A program made the position numbers and the translations under genes. A stretch of 64,000 bases of DNA from Flaccisagitta enflata (Eukaryota), in assembly GCA_965153355.1 (NCBI GenBank), contig OZ231126.1, positions 18,476,001 through 18,540,000 of the forward strand. The letters run 5' to 3'. Below, in pieces: positions 58,042-64,000 of the stretch (position 1 is the first letter of the stretch; every line of letters begins with the position of its first letter). Under the pieces are notes generated by a model, which saw only the letters and a list, made by a program, of their open reading frames with translations, was not told where the DNA came from and made no database searches.

Positions 58042-61000
58042 CTGCGAAATAAGGCCGGGGAAACTTGGCTACCTTAGTCGCGTAAGGGAGGACAGGAGCA
58101 AATAGAAATGTCAATAAGGCAACTGTGCAGAGGCCTTGAGCAGTGCTTTAAACGCCCTAAGTTATTCGTCACAAACGCAAAAGTAGACAGACAAAATAGC
58201 CAATACAGATAGAATAGCTAGCTTTCGGTTCCTTCTAAGGCAAAATATTGATACACCAATCAACCTTAGCTGCATGAGATTAAGAAAAAGCTTAAGCAAA
58301 TAGTGTTCTCCCAAGGATTGATTCGGGATTTGCTGCAGAGTGAAAGCCTCAACATGCGAGTAATTCAAAGTTTGTATCAAGAGGCGAAAGAGTGAAGAAA
58401 AGCTTGGAGACTGACAGTTTACCTCAGTCGAAACGAATGCATGACATTGACGGTCGACGGATCAACCGTAAATCTTTTTCTATGCAATATATACATGAAC
58501 AGGGCAACATGTGGTCAGCGATACCCGTTGCCCTGCTTTGCATGATTATGAATTGGACTGAGAGAGAGCAGGGCAGCGGCCCTAAAGGGGAAGAAGTCCT
58601 GTAGAACACAGGGGGACTTATGTTTGTCCGTCCATCTATCTCTCCGCGCTCCAGGCCCTCTCAGGTCTGAAAACTGCCCTTTAAGGCCTGAAATCTACCC
58701 TCTTTGGCCTTGAATCTGAAAGGGCAGATTTCAGACTTGAGAGGGCAGATTCAAGGCCTGAGAGGATAGATTTCAGGCCTGAGAGGGTAGATTTCAGGTC
58801 TGTAAGGGGAGATTTCAGGCCTGAGAGGGCAGATTTCAGGCCTAAGAGGGCCGGGGGGTACAAATGGACGAACAGACGGACGAACAAAAGTCCCCCTGTG
58901 TTCTACAGGACTTTGTCCCCTTTGGGGCCGCTGCCCAAAAAAATTTTTTGGCGGATTTCCGTCGCTAGTGGGTCTTTCACAACAAACAAACATCGAATCA
59001 GTGATATTTCTGCATCGGTTAGCTGTCGCACAGGCACGTTGGCAAAAGGCATGAAGGGCAATGCAACGATAAGAAACAAAAAGACCTACCATGAGATGGT
59101 TCAGGAGGAAGCCCCTTGGAAGTTGTAAGACGACTTTTTCTATCCCGAATGTGGTCTTGAATGCGGTCGAGTTCTTCGACGGATAAGTACCTTCCATCTG
59201 CCAGGTAACCCAACAGATGCGGTAACGGGGTGCGCATCGCTTCCTCCTTGCGCAGTCGCTCTGCTTTTTCTGTTGAGAACGGGAATGGTCATCTCTAGTC
59301 ATGTTATACAAGGTGGGGCGGGGATGTGCAGAGGGGGGGAACAGCCCCCACAACTGGGGGGACACGCCCACACCGGGGCCAGATAAACAAAAACAAGGCC
59401 GGATACACGGCTACCGAAGTCGCGTGTGGGTGGGCAGGGGCCATATTTGAGGTCACCAGATCATTTGGGCAGGAGCAGTGAGGTCAAAGAAATAAAATCA
59501 TAAAAAAAAATAAAGTGTGACGGACCAACTGACAAAGCGGGTTGTAGAGTCGCGTGCACGCGACTAAAAATGCTGATTAGAAAAAGAATGTAATTTATTT
59601 ATTCACATAGAAAGGGGCAATTCATTTTCTTTTTTTTTAATTTCAAGTTTTTGCCTCAGACTTAATCTATGAAGCTTTTTCAATTTCATAAAAAAAAAAG
59701 TTTCCTTTTCTTAAAGCAGGGGTGTATATAATTGAGCGGCTTTTGATTTTATTCCCCCCCCCCTGCCTTTGACTTTCTTCCTCGCGATGCGTCGCCTCGC
59801 GATATAAAATCTATGATTTTCTTCCCCTCAAAGCAATAAAACAGTATATTATAGGTTTAAATAGTGTTAAAATGTGTTGTAATAATCAGATTCTACCATT
59901 TGGAACTGCCAAAAGTGTTAAAACTTAGAAAATCTTTTTTTTTCTTCTTTTTTTAACTTTTGATTTTTTTCCCCATCTCCAAACCCTTTGATTTTATTCC
60001 CCCCCCTTGGGAGGCCCCCCGGGGGGGGGGGGGGAAATGCTCAACTTTATACACGCCTGTCTTAAAAGGAGGTACATGATAATACAGTTAAACCCCGCTC
60101 TAATGGACTTCAGGGGACCAACAAGTTTTATCTGTTAAATGCGGAATTTTGTTACACCTAATACAAGAAATAAAAGAAAACTGGTTAAAGAGACTAAGAA
60201 TAAGTGTCTGATATAAGTGGAATTCCGTTAAAAGCGGATCCGTTGGAGCGGGGTTCAACTGTAGTATGTTTTCTTAAAGACTAGAGTGTGATTAGAGGCC
60301 CAGTCACGAGGGCACAGCAGAGGGCCTGCAGCCTGGTAATGGGGCTTAGTGAGAGGGGCCTGACATAAGGCATGGCAAACAGGGCCCAATGACAAGGGAG
60401 GCCCAGTGACTGGAGTTGAACAGGGGCCCAGAATATCTTTGGACGTCCCTAAAATAATGTGAACATTTACTGAACAACCAATAGCTCCTTTAAAGGTGCG
60501 GCTTCCTGCTCGCATATATATTCGCATTCATACATAGCTGGGCAATAGATACAACTGAAAATTAATTGCCCTCAGGCAAAGCTGGATCAACATAGTGATG
60601 GGCCCAAGATTTAAGTCATTTTGTTTGTTTTTTGGCAATCATTAATCAATTAAAAATATTTTTTTAATTTCTTTGAAGTGTCTTTTTATGCTTTTGTTTT
60701 GTTTTTTTTTTTAATTCCTTTTTTCTAGTTTTTTTTTTCTTATTTTCACATGTAGATACTGCAAGCGCGAGGCCCCACTGAGGCGCGGGGCCCTATGCTT
60801 AAGCGTTCAAAGCATATATGTTGATCCGGCTCAGCGCCTCGGGACTAATAATTCCAAGATGTTTAATTCGATAAAAATCGATAACGGAACGGTCGTACCT
60901 TTCAAAATGGAAATGTAGGTATCGAAACTTTTCCCCACGAAAGCAATCGCGTCTTCCATAGGCATGTTCCTATGTTCTGTTAATATTGCGGTAAAAGAAA

Positions 61001-63265
61001 ACACGACATCGTTATTTTTTGATGAAAGAAGGTCCAAACAAAAAACCTTTTTATCATCGGCGAAGAAAATGGTTTCGTTTCGAGGAAATATCAAAATTTT
61101 ACTGGGACGAAGTATTACCACGAGAAGTTGTTTGAAAATGAAAACTTATTGGTTTTAATTGCTTTTTACTCTTCAAGACCACGGGAAAATTACTTGGTTC
61201 ATTTTATTTAAAAGATAAATATCCCTTCGAAAAAACATTTCGCAGTTTTCGTGGCGAAAATGGAAAAGAAAGCTGTTAACTGGCGAGAAAAGAAAATTTT
61301 TTCGCATTTTTTTCATGGCGAAAATTGATTAGAAAATGCTTAACATGGCGAGAAAAATGGGGAAACCGATGAAAACCATGCCCAGCAAACAACTTCTTTC
61401 AAAATGGAGATTTACAAAAGGAAGAGAAATATTATCGATGTTCCGTTTAAAAGGGCGCGCAGAAAATAAGAATTCTTTCCAACGGACGCATGAGGTCATG
61501 AAAATGTGTTTTATTATTTTTCCTTTGGGTATCGCATGATGAAAACATCAGACAAAATATGAAAAATTCCATACAATGTAGAAAACAAAATTTCGGTGCG
61601 ATTTTATGTTTATCAAACTTTTCACAACTGAATTTTAGAGTTTGTTGAAGTCGCCCGACATTACCTTGGGGCGTCCCTTGTAAAATGTTTAAAGTCAAGG
61701 ATCTATGAACTTCATGCTGCTGCGAGACAGTTATCGCATACATGGTGCCGCGACGCCCGATGTCTTCGATGGCCTAAAGGCAAAGCAATGGTGGAATACG
61801 TTAAGTGCCAAATTTCAATGTTTCTGAAACACGATCAGGCCAAAAACTAAGTGTTATTAAATGCTCACGATATTTTTCGGCGCGTTAAACTTCATTTTTT
61901 CTTTTCGATTATTTTTACTTCCATTTCTAGTCGCGGACACGTGACTACACTTTACTGTGTCGGTCGGTCCGTCCATCCTGAAAAATAGTTTTTCTTGGTG
62001 TTATAGGCCATTGCAAGCTAAGTGTGAATTTCTGTTGTTCTGTAGATCTGCCCCTGCCCACCCGTCCGCGACATATGGCCCGTTTAGGGCTGATTTTTTT
62101 TTCAAGTCGTTTACCGTTGTCTACACATTTTTATTTAAGTAAACTAGCTTTCACTAACCGGAATCAGATTCTTTTCATCCGTGAGAAAAACCATATCGGT
62201 GAGAATTCCAAATTCTTTGATACGAGTTTCGATCATTTCCGCGTAGTCTCGTTGTGACTTGTGGATGACGACGAGATACGCGTCCGTGGGTCGATCTTTC
62301 ACTGGATCTTTTGCCGGTGGCGGCGGAGGACCAGGGTCCCTCGTCTCCCTCGGTTCGCTGGTTAAGGAAGGTTAGAACAATTATCATTACCGTAAACTAA
62401 CGCATATAAGAAAGGCATATCAAGATGAAAGCATATCATGAAAGCATATCAAGATGAGTCCATTACAAAATCACTTCCCCCCCCCCCCCTTTCCCTCCAA
62501 AGAAAGCGAAGACATACATGCACAGTTATAAACCTTACAATACAATTTTAGACGTACTTACCGTCTGTAATCTTCCTCGGGTCTTCTGTAGTCTTCTCGA
62601 CGGTGATGGTCATCCGGGGGTGGTCGTCTGTAATCGGGATAACCCTCCTCACGTCGGGGAGGATAGTCGCGTTCTCTGAAAATGATTTCAGGAGGCGGTC
62701 GACATGTTGTTAGACAATCGATATGGGAAAGCCAACCAATTTCAAACAGCGATTATCGAGAGTTCAAAGGGGATTTAACGCTTAACGAATTTATTACCTA
62801 GTTGGGTATGGATCACCACGGCGGTAAGGATCATCCCTGCGATCATAACCCGAGGGCGAGCGAGATCTCTCCGGGTAATAACGCTCTCCTGGAGGATAAT
62901 CTCGACCACTGCGTCCACTTCTGCAGTGAAAAGAGGGAGAGCGTGGCATATAACTTAAAAGAGTCGAGAAAAAACCGCATGATCGTGGAGCTTTGAGAGA
63001 TTTTTTAAGATTAATGAACATGATGAATTGATTATTACTGCCAGTAAACTAAACCCTTACGGCGGTGGTGGTCGATAATCTTCTCTGCTTCTCGTCAAAT
63101 TGTAGGGTCTTTTGAGGGGTGGGTTTCCCTGGCGCCCCTCTTTCGCCATTTTGACGTCGATCTTCAAGCCGTGGTACATGGATCCACCCTCTTCCTGTAT
63201 CGCCATACGAGCCTCCTCAACGCGTTCGTACTGAATGAATCCAAATCCTTTGTGCACCGAACACC
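57932..63265 (-). CDS. NCOA5: Nuclear receptor coactivator 5-like protein with N-terminal RRM (5' end outside window)
   Basis: Phase-consistent exons 63265-63061, 62920-62798, 62675-62562, 62357-62159, 61773-61665, 60976-60899, 59269-59090 and probable last exon 58041-57932. Contains the hnRNPC-type RRM motif GCSVHKGFGFIQY, an RD/RE-rich region, the NCOA5 core RPTDAYLVV..DYAE..HRSLTLNILQGTPQEHRNMP, and LADGRYLSVEE. Confidence 0.9.
58570..58936. mobile_element. TIR element with 21-bp internal tandem repeats
   Basis: GGGCAGCGGCCC...GTCCTGTAGAACACAGGGGGACT is inverted at the right end, with (GAGAGGGCAGATTTCAGGCCT)n inside. Related pieces at about 1-140, 18560-18845, 47230-47453, 48421-48510 and 56030-56590. 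Confidence 0.75.
59090..59269 (-). CDS. NCOA5: NCOA5 exon
   Basis: KAERLRKEE...LLGYLADGRYLSVEELDRIQDHIRDRKSRL, phase 1 to 1. Confidence 0.85.
59717..60059. mobile_element. hAT-type MITE
   Basis: CAGGGGTGTATA...TATACACGCCTG with 8-bp TSD TCTTAAAG / TCTTAAAA. Confidence 0.75.
60085..60261. mobile_element. pogo/Tigger-type MITE
   Basis: TA|CAGTTAAACCCCGCTC...GAGCGGGGTTCAACTG|TA. Confidence 0.8.
60899..60976 (-). CDS. NCOA5: NCOA5 exon
   Basis: EHRNMPMEDAIAFVGKSFDTYISILK. Confidence 0.88.
61665..61773 (-). CDS. NCOA5: NCOA5 exon
   Basis: AIEDIGRRGTMYAITVSQQHEVHRSLTLNILQGTPQ. Confidence 0.9.
62159..62357 (-). CDS. NCOA5: NCOA5 exon
   Basis: EPRETRDPGPPPPPAKDPVKDRPTDAYLVVIHKSQRDYAEMIETRIKEFGILTDMVFLTDEKNLIP. 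Confidence 0.9.
62562..62675 (-). CDS. NCOA5: NCOA5 exon (RD/RE-rich)
   Basis: ERDYPPRREEGYPDYRRPPPDDHHRREDYRRPEEDYR, phase 2 to 2. Confidence 0.85.
62798..62920 (-). CDS. NCOA5: NCOA5 exon (RS/RD-rich)
   Basis: SGRSGRDYPPGERYYPERSRSPSGYDRRDDPYRRGDPYPT, phase 2 to 2. Confidence 0.85.
63061..63265 (-). CDS. NCOA5: NCOA5 exon (RRM C-terminal half, RNP1 KGFGFIQY)
   Basis: CSVHKGFGFIQYERVEEARMAIQEEGGSMYHGLKIDVKMAKE..., phase 1 to 2. Confidence 0.9.
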
Positions 63266-63473
63266 CTGTTGGTAAGACGATACTACTTTAACTTCTCTGT
63301 ATATCGAGCCAGGTAAGGTCAATTACAAAATATTTTTGCGATGAGTGAACAAAATAAAGTAAGGGTTTTCACACTTAGCACTACAGACTTGATTCAGATA
63401 TGAAATGCAGATGTGAAAACTCCATAGGACATGAAAAAGATCAGCAGAGCAGAGCCAACTAGCGAAATAACTA

Positions 63474-64000
63474 CAGTGGGGTTCATGGAATAACAGCCTA
63501 AACTGGAGGAAGGTGTTTAAGTGGCTCAATTTCGTTTGCCAAACTTAATATTAGAAATATAGGTTGTTCAATCGATGCTTTTGTCCTTGAGTTTCTCAGT
63601 TGCTATGGAAACCAAAATTATTTTTTGTACATTTATAATTACTAGAATATCACTATTTTGACAAATATTATCAGGGAACATTGCTCAGAATCAAATTTGC
63701 AACAACTTTCCCACAGTATGTTCTGTAAGAATATTGCCCATTTAACCGTTGCAAGGGAGCATCATTTAGCAGTTGCTAGGTGTGATGCCCCCTAGCAACG
63801 GCCAAACGAGCAATATTCTTACAGAACATACTGTGGGAAAGTTTTAGCAAATCTAATTCTGAGCAATGTTTCCCAATAGTATTTGTCAAAATATTGATAT
63901 TCTAGTAATTGTATATGTTTGAAAAAAAGATTTTTGGTTTCCATAGCAACCGAAAAACTCAGGGACAAAAGCATTGATTGAATAACTTATATTTCAAATA
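63474..64000. mobile_element. Foldback MITE, same family as 3915-4521 (runs off the window edge)
   Basis: TA|CAGTGGGGTTCATGGAATAACAGCCTAAACTGGAGGAAGG, with the same internal palindrome centre. Confidence 0.85.

Noticed and set aside
58751..59371. 206-aa ORF, the longest in the track
   Set aside because: It is an alternate frame over a real NCOA5 exon running into a 21-bp repeat element.

Overview
AT-rich, repeat-dense invertebrate animal DNA. There are no prokaryotic features, RNA genes or CRISPR arrays, and almost all ORF-track entries are microsatellite or transposon noise. I reconstructed four spliced genes by hand from phase-consistent GT-AG exons: (1) the 3' end of an unidentified + strand gene ending in a CaaX box (6193-10483); (2) a small predicted secreted precursor with a signal peptide and furin site, whose last coding exon is interrupted by a MITE (12896-22045, +); (3) a six-exon goosecoid gene with an eh1 motif, a K50 paired-type homeodomain and an atypical homeobox intron (42493-49715, +); (4) a convergent RRM-containing NCOA5 gene whose 5' end lies beyond the window (57932-63265, -). 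The rest consists of more than 20 DINE/HINE-like short elements with co-varying termini, many foldback/MITE elements (up to 5.3 kb, often nested), a 5'-truncated Hero-like LINE and an 11-kb composite satellite block. A GAAAG-N13-CTTTC spaced palindrome recurs across apparently unrelated AT-rich elements. Gene models are sequence-based predictions without expression data, and family assignments rest on recalled consensus motifs rather than database searches.
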